From: Proteromonas lacertae | Lineage: Eukaryota | Assembly (NCBI GenBank): GCA_002245135.1 | Contig: NGBS01000630.1 | Span: 1-42,001, forward strand | Direction: 5' to 3' | DNA: 42,001 bases | Shown: positions 24,498 through 36,900 of the stretch, one piece after another | Position numbering within the stretch: the first letter of the stretch is position 1 | Layout of the letters: each line of letters begins with the position of its first letter | The notes under the pieces: model-generated | Seen by the model: the letters and a program-made list of their open reading frames with translations, nothing else | Databases searched by the model: none | What the model was told of the DNA's origin: nothing | Position numbers and translations under genes: made by a program

Positions 24498-27415
24498 TTA
24501 TATGTCAGAAGGCCAATTGTATATAGTAGATGGTTCTGGAGATGTAGCTCTCTTCTTAACAGTCTCATCTCTATCAGCAGCTAGCTTAGTTTCCATCATA
24601 AGCTATTTAAAATTAAAATGAAATAAATATATATATATACTCTCCTTGTAATATGCATAGGATGTTTTAATGGGAATCTTGCTTGTAAACCTTCCACAAA
24701 GTCATTCCATTTCGGTGGATTAAGTAATAACTCATGCATTTCATCTTTGACTGGTGGTTCTTCTGGAGGTAGTGATTCTGGTTCTTTTCCAAAGAATAGA
24801 TATTTCAAAATTGATGCTAACTTACAATATTCGTTAATTACCTCATCTCTGGGCATATCCTCTGTAATAGACTTTATATTTGGTGGTTTTGTTTTAAGCA
24901 TATGATCTGCACGTTTAAACAGCTCAATATTTTCTAATGTAACATTCTTCTCAATATCACTTTGTTCTGTTTTGTAATTATCATTCATTTGTTTTAATGT
25001 ATTATTCTCATCAGTATTACTAGTAACACTTTCATCATCATCATCACCTTCTTCACTAATTTTTTGTAATTGTGTTATTCTTCTTGAAGGTATTGGTTTT
25101 GTAGGTGTGACAGTGGAGGAAGAGGATGTAGATGAAGAAGTTTCATTCAAATTATTCATATCTTCTTGTAATTTACTATCCAACTCAGGATTAATTCCTC
25201 TTTTTCTAGATAATTCTGATAAAGTTTTATCCACTAATTCATATTTACCAATCACCTTTTCCACTGATCCTGGATGTAATTTCTGTAAACTATCCACTAT
25301 CAATTGTAATCTAACTATCTGTTGTTCAGCAGCATGAACTGCAAATTGTAACTTTAACGATTTCAAATCTTGTTCTTTCAAATCCAAAGTAGCTTTTTCT
25401 AATTCTTCAATTTTCTGTTGTAATTCAGTAGTAGCTTTCTCTGCAGCTGATTTATAAGATCCTAAAGCACTTTCCATTGCAGCAGAATAACTCTTTTGTT
25501 CTTGTAAAGCTTTCATTACTTGCATTCTAGATAAACAACCATCTTCTCTTCCAAATAATGCTAAATAATGCCAAGCTTCTAATATCTTCGCTAAATATCT
25601 TCGATTCTTTGCTCTTGTGAATGAATTTATTAACATCCCTTGAATTCTTCTCTTCTCTTTTCTTCTTTGAGCATAAATAAACCAAATATGAAACGGATAT
25701 AATATTAAATGTAAACCAGCTTCTTTCCATTTATCAATTGTTCTCATTCTCAATTTCCTTTGAACTTGAGCTTGTTTACGATATGCTTTGAATATTTTCA
25801 GACATAATTCATCACATTTCTTACGATATTTCTTCATTGCGATTTGTCTTGGGATGGAATATTGACTCCAGTACTTCATACATTTCTTTAATGTTGTTAA
25901 TCTGTAATGTCTTAAGATTTTTCTCATATTGTAATGCTTAGTAAACATATCAAAGTTATTCTTATGAGTAACATGATCCTTCTATTAAAATAATAATAAT
26001 AATAATAAATTTATATACATCAAGTGTATTAATATAGCCATTCCAAGCATAAAATATCTTATTCACCATATTCTTACCCCAATATCTTATAAGCAATTTG
26101 ATTATTTGCTCTTAATGGAATAACAGACAATTCCATCCACTCTTTTACAAACATATGCATCATACATTTAGTCCATTTAGTTGATATTTGATAAGATGCA
26201 TCTACAGCCATCTCATGTCTAATCATATCACCTGTAATTCTACCAGTAACTCCTCTATCCCATAATCTTTTCCTTGCTTCAGTATATCTTACTTGATTCG
26301 TTAATTTTACATGTTTTCTACTATGCGGACCAAGAGATACTTCCTTCCATTTGTTTATAAATATTCTCATTTTGTTATTGAATGTATTTTTGAAATGATC
26401 TAAAGCTTTTTGGTTTTTGAGTTGTTTCATTGGTCTTGCAGCTTCCATTACTTTCTTCCATTCTCTAAATTGACTATATACAGTGTCTCTCATATGCTTC
26501 TCTAATAATTCTTTAGATCTTTTCTTTATATAATCATATCTACGAATGTAATTGGTTGTGGCTATTATAAACATCTTTGCAGCGTTGTGTTTCCATATTC
26601 CTAATACTTGTTTCGCATTTTTATATCTTCTTCTTGCTAAAAATCCACGAATTACTGCATTAATCTTTGTTGCTGCTTTTTCTGCTGTTGGACCCATTAC
26701 TATTGTATCATCGTTAAATACATAATCGATTCTTGATAGAATTGTATGAATTGAACCAAAATGAGTGGTCAACTGCTGGGAATAGAAGTTCTTTGGTATT
26801 GTAGTTGTACTGACTGGTGTTCCTGCTATAGCTTTATCATGAGTACCCCAATTAACTTTAGCAGATTTTTTAAATGAATGTGATCTTCTACCAGATGTTA
26901 AAAATCTTCTTGAATCAGTTGTAGAGTATCTTTGGCCAGTTCTTTCTTGGAATATGGATGGTAGAGATGATGAAGTTTCTGGTTTTAGTAATTCTTTTCC
27001 TGAGAATGGATTTGATTCTACATATACATTGTATGAAGTATCTGGTGATATTAATGATTCATCGTAATTTTGAGCTGGAGAAGTTGGACGAAGTGTTTTT
27101 TTTGGTAATCTGCCATTAACATCTCTATTATCATCTGGAAGTACAGCACGTTGCTTTTCACCATTTGCTCTTGCAAGAATTAGATTTTCTATTGGTTGAG
27201 TTCCAATCCTACACTGAAAATCACTTTCAAGTGGTGGTTTTAATGGATTAGGTAGTGACATATAATTGATAAAATCATTATCCTGTTTCATATTCTTTGG
27301 AACTGATTCTATAGAAATGTAAACCAACAACTATTATACTCGATTGTTTTAATGGATTTATGCCATCAAATTTCAATTTGTATTTTTTCTGTTTTAAAAC
27401 TTTCTTATTCTGCAT
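24498..27415 (-). CDS. IQ-motif + Sfi1-like Trp-repeat + coiled-coil protein (probable centrin/calmodulin binder); one G-homopolymer frameshift near 26077
   Basis: IQ-like AATKINAVIRGFLARRRYK. Periodic F/L-x-x-W repeats (QFREWK, FINKWK, FVKEWM, IFYAWN, CMKYWS, PFHIWF, ILEAWH) followed by a coiled coil. Three short introns. Confidence 0.65.
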
Positions 27416-27493
27416 AAAATCAACACAAACTTGAAAAACGACAAATAGAAACGAATCTATTTTTTACTTCATTTTTTAATTTCTTTCGAAATA

Positions 27494-28500
27494 ATGTTGA
27501 GAAACAGCAAAAAAATAGCTGTAGATGTATATTAACATTATATACATTTTAGATGACAAGAAGATTCAAATCAAAACGTCCTACATCAATAATTAGATTT
27601 TTGGACGAGAATCACATTGCCAGATATGGTCAATGTGATGAAGACCAACCTAAAATTGGTGTATAACATTATGTGTTTGATATATAGTCAATTGCTCATG
27701 CATTAGAAGGTAATATATTTTCTCCTGATGTTTGTGTGACTGATGTTAAATTCACAATTCACGGTTTATTAGCACCCATCTTCCCATCTGTTATAATAGA
27801 TGTTGGACTTAATTACAAAGCACATATAGCAGAAACAAAACTACCTTCACCAGAAAATCCTGCAATTTTTCAAACTAATCCATGTTCAGTTCAATCTCAT
27901 TTAGCTCCAATAATTTTACCTGAAGTATGTTCAAAGAAAGGTGAAGTAGATTATGAAGGTGAATTAGCAGTTATTTTAGGAACAGCTTGCAAAGATGCAA
28001 CAGTTGAAAATGCAATGGATTATGTGTTGGGTTATACATGTTCTAATGATATATCTGCTAGAAAATGGCAGAACGCTAAAAGACAGTCAGGTCAATGGTA
28101 TAAATCCAAATCATTTGATACATTCACTCCTCTTGGTCCAAGAATTGTATTAAAGAGTGAAATTGAAAATCCACATAATTTAAAGATAAAAACTATATTA
28201 AATGGTAAAATAATGCAAGATAGTAATAGTAGTGATATGTTAAAATCAATTAGTGAAATAATTGCTTTCTGTTCGCAAGATTGTCTATTACCACCTGGAA
28301 CAGTGATTTGTACAGGTTCTCCTCCTGGTGTTGGATATACAAGAAATCCACGTGTATATTTAAAAGATGGTGATGAAGTATCTGTTGAAATTGAAAGAAT
28401 TGGTAGATTAACAAATACTGTGTGTGAAAAGAAAAAAACTCCTAAATGTATTAATGTAAGTGAAATTGAAAAGTGTTACAACTGTGATAATTTGAATTAA
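27494..28500 (+). CDS. Fumarylacetoacetate hydrolase family protein (FAHD1/2-like), possible mitochondrion-related-organelle targeting sequence
   Basis: VGLNYKAH, VDYEGELAVILG, GYTCSNDISAR, KSFDTFTPLGP, TGSPPGVG. Two 5' introns and a basic N-terminus. Confidence 0.92.
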
Positions 28501-28579
28501 TTATAATTATATATTTTTTTATTTTTAAAATCTCTTGTGAAAAAATGACCGTTATTTAAATATTACAGAAAATGTAAAA

Positions 28580-30104
28580 ATGGGTTTTGCTGAATCAAAA
28601 GTTGAATATATTGTATTACATCTTTTATATATTGTAATAGTCAAAGGAAGAAATTCTACATCGTGATTTCTGTGTTACTTCAAAATTAAGGGAGAAAGAG
28701 AGTAATAAAAATATTGTACTAAAAGTTTATAATAAATTTAAGATATTAAAAGTGAAAAAGGATGAATATATAAATAAATTAGCTGAATTGAACAAGATAC
28801 ACATACCTCACATATGTAGGATAGATGAAGTAATAGATGATAGATGCTATTTATCAATAAAAATGCTGAAATACTCCATTTCGTTAGACAAAGTAAATCC
28901 GGTTGTTTATTTCAGAGAGAGTGGAATAGAGTATATATTGAAAGTTATTTGCAAGTGTATTGGTGCTTTTCATAGTAATAATTTAGTATATGGCAATTTG
29001 AAACCTTCAAATATGTTGATTAAAAATGATTCTAGTCTTCTATTAAGTGATTATTTTGGTAATATATTAACCAAGAATTTAAGTAGAAATATTAATGATT
29101 TATCGTACATGAGTCCAGAAATGATAAAAGATGAGGAAATAAGTGAAAAGAGTGATATTTGGTCAATTGGTTGTGTTATATACTATACTTTAAGTGGTAA
29201 AAGTCCATTTGAAGGAGAAACTGAAGAAGAAGTGAAAACAAAGATATTAAAATGTAAATATAAAAAGTTATACTGTAGAAATCAGAATATACTGAATTTG
29301 CTTATTTATAAATTAATATGTGAAAATCCAATCGATAGAATCTCAATTACACAATTAAAAGAAGAAATTGAAAGTACAATCATTAGTGTTTTATGTTGTA
29401 TAGATATTAAATCCGATATACATTTACCAGTTTATATAGTAGATGGTGAATATGATTATTTACTTCGAGTAGCACATAAATTCTTCAAACAGAAACAATA
29501 TCTTGATTCTATTATGTATTATACTAAGAGTTTTGAATTTGCAAAAGACACAATTGATGAGTGTTATTTGCATTTCCAGTTAGGAATAGCATACTTTCAT
29601 CTTGTATATATTTTATTCAAAAATTAATTAATATTGCATATAGAGTTATTACAAGCAAGCAATAGAATCATTTAAAGATGCTTTAACACATTCTAATAAA
29701 GTGAAAGATAAAACAAAATGTGATATATATGTGTATATAGGAAAAACATACTTTAAACTAGTATTAATGATATGAATTATATATAAATATTATTGTAATA
29801 GAACCAATATGATAAAGCAATTGAAGCATTGAAAGTCTCATTAAAACACTCATCAGATATAAAGGATATAGAGAAATGTAAAATATATTACAATATTGGA
29901 GGAATATATTTTGATATTGTATGATTACTTAATGATATATATTTACATAGAAACAATATAGAAATTCACTCATTTTTTTAAAGCAAGCATTAATATATGA
30001 TGATGGTATGGTATAACGATGAAATTAATGAGTATATAAAAGATTGTGTTAAAACCACTCAGAAGATAATAATTATTCCCCCAAAACAATATAATTATTT
30101 ATAA
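28580..30104 (+). CDS. Pseudokinase fused to C-terminal TPR repeats (3' end uncertain: 30014 or 30104)
   Basis: Kinase fold (IVLK, YMSPE, SDIWSIGC) with HRD->YGN and DFG->DYF. TPR helices LGIAYFHL/SYYKQAIESFKDAL, IGKTYFKL/NQYDKAIEALKVSL, IGGIYFDI/KQYRNSLIFLKQAL. Confidence 0.8.
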
Positions 30105-30166
30105 AAACTATGTATGTATAACATCTAAACATATATATATATATATAAAAGAAAAAAAATCATCTT

Positions 30167-30894
30167 CTAATATTCTACCTCTAATTCTCTTTCTTTAACT
30201 TCCTCCTTTTCTTCTTCCTTTTTAACTTCAGTCTGTTGTGGAACTTGTGGTTCTACCTCCTTTGGTAGTATACTATTCAATTGATTAGTATCAACTCCTT
30301 CAGGGTTATTATCCTCCATAAATTTAGTAAACATTGTGTTTGTATCTTCATCTGTCATATTTAAATCAACTTCTACTTCATTCAATACATCCATTTGTCT
30401 AGCCAATTGTTCATTATTCTTTAAGAATTCTTTGACTGTTGTTGTATAGTCTATTTTGGTTAATTCGTCTAGCACTGAGTTTGTATTCTTCAATGTATCC
30501 AATATTTCTTTATTCTGTTCAGCTGTATTCACTGTATCTATTTGAATCTGTAATTTTGATTTTGCGTTTTCCATAAATTTTAGCATTCCTTCAGCTCTCC
30601 TATTTTAATAAGTTAAAATAGATAATAATACTTATAACTCTTTAAACACTCTTTAGCTAGAGCTTTATTATTTACTTTCATGTATTCTTTGATTTTATTT
30701 GACTCATCAGCCATATTCCTTTCATACTACATTTACTAAAATAAAATTAATACTTGTTTCATTTGATTATCAATTTTGTGCATTTTGCCTTTTATTTCAA
30801 TTTTAAGTTTATCAATCTCTGTAATTCTAGATTCTACTAGAGGTTCAGCAAGTGGCTTCTCTACTGCCTTTTTCTTATTAAAGCAAATTCCCAT
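30167..30894 (-). CDS. VPS20: ESCRT-III Snf7-family protein, Vps20/CHMP6-like
   Basis: MGICF myristoylation-type start, RITEIDKLKIEIK, Snf7-like helices and acidic tail. Two short introns. Confidence 0.7.
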
Positions 30895-30961
30895 TTAAAA
30901 ATTGAAATGAAAAACTGAAACACAAGCCGAGTTTGATACATTCTAATCTTCTCTAATTCTT
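30895..30961. promoter_or_regulatory. Putative bidirectional promoter, VPS20 / VPS13 (67 bp)
   Basis: Divergent ATGs at 30894 and 30962. A-rich left half, central CAAGCC, pyrimidine-rich right half. Confidence 0.55.
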
Positions 30962-33900
30962 ATGTTTGAAGAGGTTGTATCTTATGTACTCACCAAATTT
31001 CTAGGTGATTATGTCAGTGGTATCAACAAAGAGGCTTTGAATCTTTCGATATGGGGTGGTGATGTGGAATTGAAAAACCTTGTATATTTTTATATAAATA
31101 TTACTGTTGCGCATAGTCAATTAAACCTGATGCATTGAAAGATCTTAATTTACCAATCCAAGTGAAAGCTGGATTTTTAGGCAAATTAGTATTGAAAGTG
31201 CCATGGAAGAACATCACATCCAGACCTACATTAGTAGTTATTGAAGATGTATATCTTGTCGCAGTTCCAAACAGAGAAATTGTGTATGATGAGAAAAAAG
31301 AAAGAGAACGTCAAAGAGAAGCAAAACAACAACAATTAGAGCTATTAGAATCTCAGCAAGAAGCTTATGAAAAAGATGAAAAGTCACAAGCTGGATTTGT
31401 AGCAAAAATGGTTTCTTCCATTATAGCTCAACTACAAGTTCAAATCAATAGAATTCATATTAGATTTGAAGATAAAAGTTCTGATCCTTTACATCCATTT
31501 GCTTGTGGTGTAGTTTTAAGACAATTACAAGTTAATTCTGAAACTGATTTAAAAGAGGTTGTTGTTGATATATTCAAAAAGAGTTTAGATATTAGAGATT
31601 TCGGATTTTATTTCGATAATGATGTAAAGAAATTTGCAAGAACAGATGTTGTTGAAGAATTTCAATCAGATTTGCGAAGTGTATTTGATTACAAGCCAGA
31701 AGTGTTAGATATAAAGAGATATATCATTGAACCAATGGAATTGTCATTAACATTGTCATATAATCAAAAATCAAGAAATGAGAGAATATTTACAAGTGAT
31801 CAGATTATAAAAGTTGCTATGAGTCATTTAAAATGGCATGAAGAAGATGAATTTGTATATTTCTTAACTCATTCATGGATTAGTGCTGTAGGTAGTGGAG
31901 ATAAGACTCCTGATCAGATTTTGGAAAAATACAAAGAAATTTGTAGAACTAATCCATCTGTTCCAGAAGAAAAGTATTTCATATATTATTATTTTATTCA
32001 TATAGAGCTCTATGCTTTCATAATGAAGCTATTAAGTATTTCAATGAGCCAGTACCTTTAGCAGATGTTTCGTTATCTCTTAAAGAGATAAAATGTTCAT
32101 TACATAAAGAACAATATCGTGATATACTTACATTTGTCAGTCAATTATCTTCATCTCAAGCCGCGGCTCGTTACAAACATTTAAAACCAAACTGCAGACC
32201 AAATAGTAAAGAAAATGCAAAATTGTGGTGGAAATTTGCATATAATTCAGTTTTGATGGATTATCGTCAGAATAACAAAACTGATTCCTGGAAGAAGATG
32301 TTTGCAAGAATGCATACTCAATCAAGATATATAAAATTATACAAACAGAAATTAGAAGCACAATCTAACAAGAAAAAACTCGATAATCTAATCAATACCG
32401 AAATCATCAACTTAGAAACTGATTTAGATATTAATGATATTAAATTATTCAGGAAATTAGCAGAAGCTCAACGAGAAATTGAATTAAAAGAAAAGAAAGC
32501 CAAAGAAAAAGAAGAAAACAAGAAAAAAGGATTTTTCTCAAAGATGTTTAGTAGATCATCCAGTGACAGTTCAACAGATGAATTTAAGTTCGAATGGACA
32601 GCAGAGAAACAAGCAGAATTATACGAAACATTGAATTATGATCCAAATGAAAAACAACCATGGGAATTAGCAGCTGAAACTGATTTATTGGCTGGATTTT
32701 CATTCTCTTTGGGATTATTTGAATTTCAATTGATTGATAATAGTATATTTTTAACTCTCTTATTCTTTTAATAGATATTTCTTTACTTAATTTCACTAGT
32801 AAGATGTTTAAAGTGGATTGTAATGTGAGAAAATCATCTGTAGAGTTATGGACTAATGTACAATCATTCAGTGTTGAAGATCCTTCACCTATTACACATT
32901 ATAAGACTTTAGTTAAGCCAATGAACATAGATAAAAGCTCAGTATATATTATAATATATTATTATTATTATTATTATTTGTTTAGGATACTTATTTAGAT
33001 GTCTATTTCTCAATGCCAATTCCAATTGCACCAAATAAACCAATTACTGTCAATTTAAGATCTCAACCAGTAGAAGTAGTAGCTAATATTCCTTACTTTA
33101 TGACAATTGGAACATTCTTTATTCCACCAGATGCGTTTAATATTGGTAAGATAGATGATTCAGTAGTAGATTCAATTATGATGATGAAACAAGCATCTTC
33201 TACAAAGTTTTATGAAGTGTTTAATGATCATATCAGTCTTGATTTAGATATACAATTTAACGCTGGACAGATTGTTATACCACAAAATCTCAATGATGAT
33301 CCATCTAAAGTATTGTGTATGGTTTGTTCAATGAAGAATATTGTAATACAATCAACACATAAACCGTATATATTATTATTATTATGTAAATAGTGTTCCA
33401 GAGATAGCCAGTATTGAATCAGTTGATATTAACAATGTGTCCAATCTCTATGATGATATAAATATATCACTCAATAAGATGTCAGCTGTTTCAGTTCATG
33501 GTGTTCAAAATGCTAATAAGTTACTGTTGAATGGTGGTAATGATGGTAATTTCAAAGCATTGGTTGAACCATTTAATTTATCAGGTATTCTATCTAATTC
33601 AATGTTACCTTCACATCCTGATTTACCTACTATTTCAATTACAATGAATTTAGAACCTGTTATTATTAATATTGATTCTGAAAAGTATATAATATATTTT
33701 TATTTTATTTAAATAGTTATGCTGATTTAATAAAGTTATTAGAATCAATAACATCAGTATCATTCTCACCAGATACAACCAATCAACAAGAGTTGAACAA
33801 TGAACAAATGTTAGCTGTAGAATTAAAACAAAAGTTACGAATTAAGAATGTAGAGTTAAATCATACATGTATTGAGTGTTATAAGAAATTTGCCAGTGAA

Positions 33901-36900
33901 AAAGCCTTAAAATCTCATCTTTGGATTGTACATGAAATAGACTATGATAGTGAAAAGATGAAGTCTTATATTGATAACAAAGTAAAGAAACAATTTATGA
34001 ATAGAAATGATGATATCAATATAGAAAATAACATGAAAATCCAAGAGAAATTGAACTTATTATTATCAGCTGAAAACTTTGAAATATTGAGAAAGAATAC
34101 TATATTTAAAGGTAATTTCGTAGTTCAAGATATTGCAGTGAAACTATCAAGAAATAAAGAACAATCATTAATAGATATTCATGTATCAAATGTTTCAGCT
34201 GATATAACAAGAAGACAATATGATACAAAGATAATATCAAGTTTAGGTCAGTTGTATATCATTGATAATTATGAAGCAAAGAAAGCAGTATATATATATA
34301 TATATATCTTATATTTATATATTCATTTTATAGAATTCAACTGAACCTGTTTACTTCATGAATTCCAGTGGTGGTGGTAGTAATAAAGATAATAATAATT
34401 CATTATTCTTAGTTGATTTAACAATGGTTGAATTAGGATCTCCACTCTATGATTCAATAGGTACAGATATGAGTATCAATGCAAGGTTTGGTAAAATGGA
34501 TTTATTTATACACAATGACACTGTATTAGAAGTATTGAAATTCTTCTTATCCACTCAATTACCATCATCCAAACCAGAGAAAGGAAATGGAAAAGAAGAA
34601 GAAGAGAAAGAAGAAGAAAAGAAATCTATTTCTTCATCATTTGTGTCTTTTGTTAATACTTTACCCAATATTGACACTAATAAAATCTTACAATCTAAAA
34701 AAGAAGAAGATTTAATAGATGTTAATAGAAATGAAATAAAATTATCATTAGAATTTCATTCATTTACAGTTACTCTCTTTACAAATGATAGTAAAGAAAT
34801 CACAAGATATGAATTTGGTAATTCCAATGTTGATTTAGAAATGAGACCTTTTGGTATATTTATCAGTGGAAACTTTGGTTATTTATCACTTATCGACTTA
34901 AGAGGAAAATCCCTGCCAGAATATAGAGATATTATATCAGCTGGAAATAAAGAAAAGAATGAAAGTTTTATATCATTTAATTTAGTAATGTATAAAATGA
35001 CCAAGCATCCTGATTATCCTGGTTATGATATTGTTATTAGTTGTTCATTGAATCACTTAAAAGCTGTGATGAATGGTTATTTCTTTATTTCATTATTACA
35101 GTTTTATATGCAGTTAGTTATACCTTTAATGAAGATATTGAATGAATATTTACCATCCAATGAAACTGATAATAATAACAAATTGCAACAACAACAACAA
35201 CAACCTAATAATGATTTAGCATCTGCAAGTATTAAAGATTATGATTTATCATCTGTATTACCATTAATCAACTTAACAATAGGTAATTTACAGGTAATTA
35301 TACCACGTCATGAAACAAGTAAAACCTATTTAAATGCAGGAATGTCTGAGTTGAAATTATCCAATATCAAACCATCAACTAAAGATGCAAATGATATTGT
35401 GAATTCATTATCTAAATTGTCGTTGAAAATGAATAATTTATACATATCATCACAAATACAACAACAAAATAATAATAATCTATTAAAACAAATTATATTG
35501 GGTCATACAGGATTTGAAGTGAATTGTATTATTCTAAAAGATATATCTGTAAATGTAAACATGTTACCATTATGTTTTGTTATTGATCATAAACAGATTG
35601 ATTGTATTTTATTCATTTTAAATGATAATCTAATGCCATTATTGAATTTAGTTTCACTATTACCACCATTACCATCATCAGCATCAAATACTGAAAATGA
35701 TACAAAACAAATTATCAATGAATTAAAAGAGAATCAAAATAGACTATCAGTGATAGGTGAAGATGATGAAGAAGAATCAAGTGAAGAGGAAGAAGATGAA
35801 AGTGATTTAAATACACCTGGTAGTGAACATGTTAAACATCATCATCATAAACATCACCATAAACATCACAATCATACTCAAATTAACACTGAGATGTTGA
35901 ATTTAGATGTAATTAATGAATATATACCAACTACAAGTGTTAATGCTTATTTTACAGCTGTTACTTTGGAAGTATTTAAATCAGAAAATCCATTTGATGA
36001 TAATACTGAAAGTGTAACAATTCAAAAGAATTTCGGTAATAATGAAGATTCATTAGCTTTATTCCAAATAGGTGAAATGATTGTTTTCTTAAGAATAAAT
36101 GAATCAATTGAATTAAGATATCAATTAAGAGATATTACATTGAAAGATACTAGACACAATTATGAAATAGTTGAAACGGCTAGAAATATTATTAAATTTG
36201 GTGCATTAGGTCAACCAGCAGCTACTTTGATATTCAATATGAAAACAAATGAAAATAAAACAACAGAAATGGGAATTGATATGAATTTAAGTGAAATCTA
36301 TTTATGTCCAACATCATTATTATTTGAACTTTTAAATTGGTTCTTCCAGAAAGAGAATGACAATGAAAAAATAGAAAAATCAAATGAAATTGTTTTTATT
36401 GAAAATCTACTAAAAGGTAATGAAAGTGATAATATGTTATTATTATCTGATACAATCACTACTACAACATTTACTCCTCGTACAATTAATGACACTAATA
36501 CAGATGCAAAGAGTGTAGATACAATGACAACTGCAACCTCAGTAACAACCATAGAAACAACAACAAAGATAAAATTAGATGTGAAATTCTCATTAACCAA
36601 TATTGCATTATTCTTCTTCCAAAATGAATGTGATAAGAATTCATTTGTATTGTCAATTGGTATAGGAATGAGTGGTAAGTTTGATATGGATGAAAAGATG
36701 AATATTTCAACCCAATTAAGAACTGAAAGATTGTATGGGTGTGTTATAAAAACTGATTTAATTATTCCACCAATTAATGATTCATTCTCTATCTTACCTA
36801 CATCCTTAATATTGAATTGTAATATTAAAAATAACTTCAAAGATATTGGATATGAGATAATTGCTGATAAAAGATTGGTTGTAAGATTATCTTATAAAGA

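Noticed and set aside
35755..35876. Acidic tract followed by a His/Lys-rich run in VPS13
   Set aside because: Low-complexity loop typical of AT-rich proteomes; no support for a specific function.
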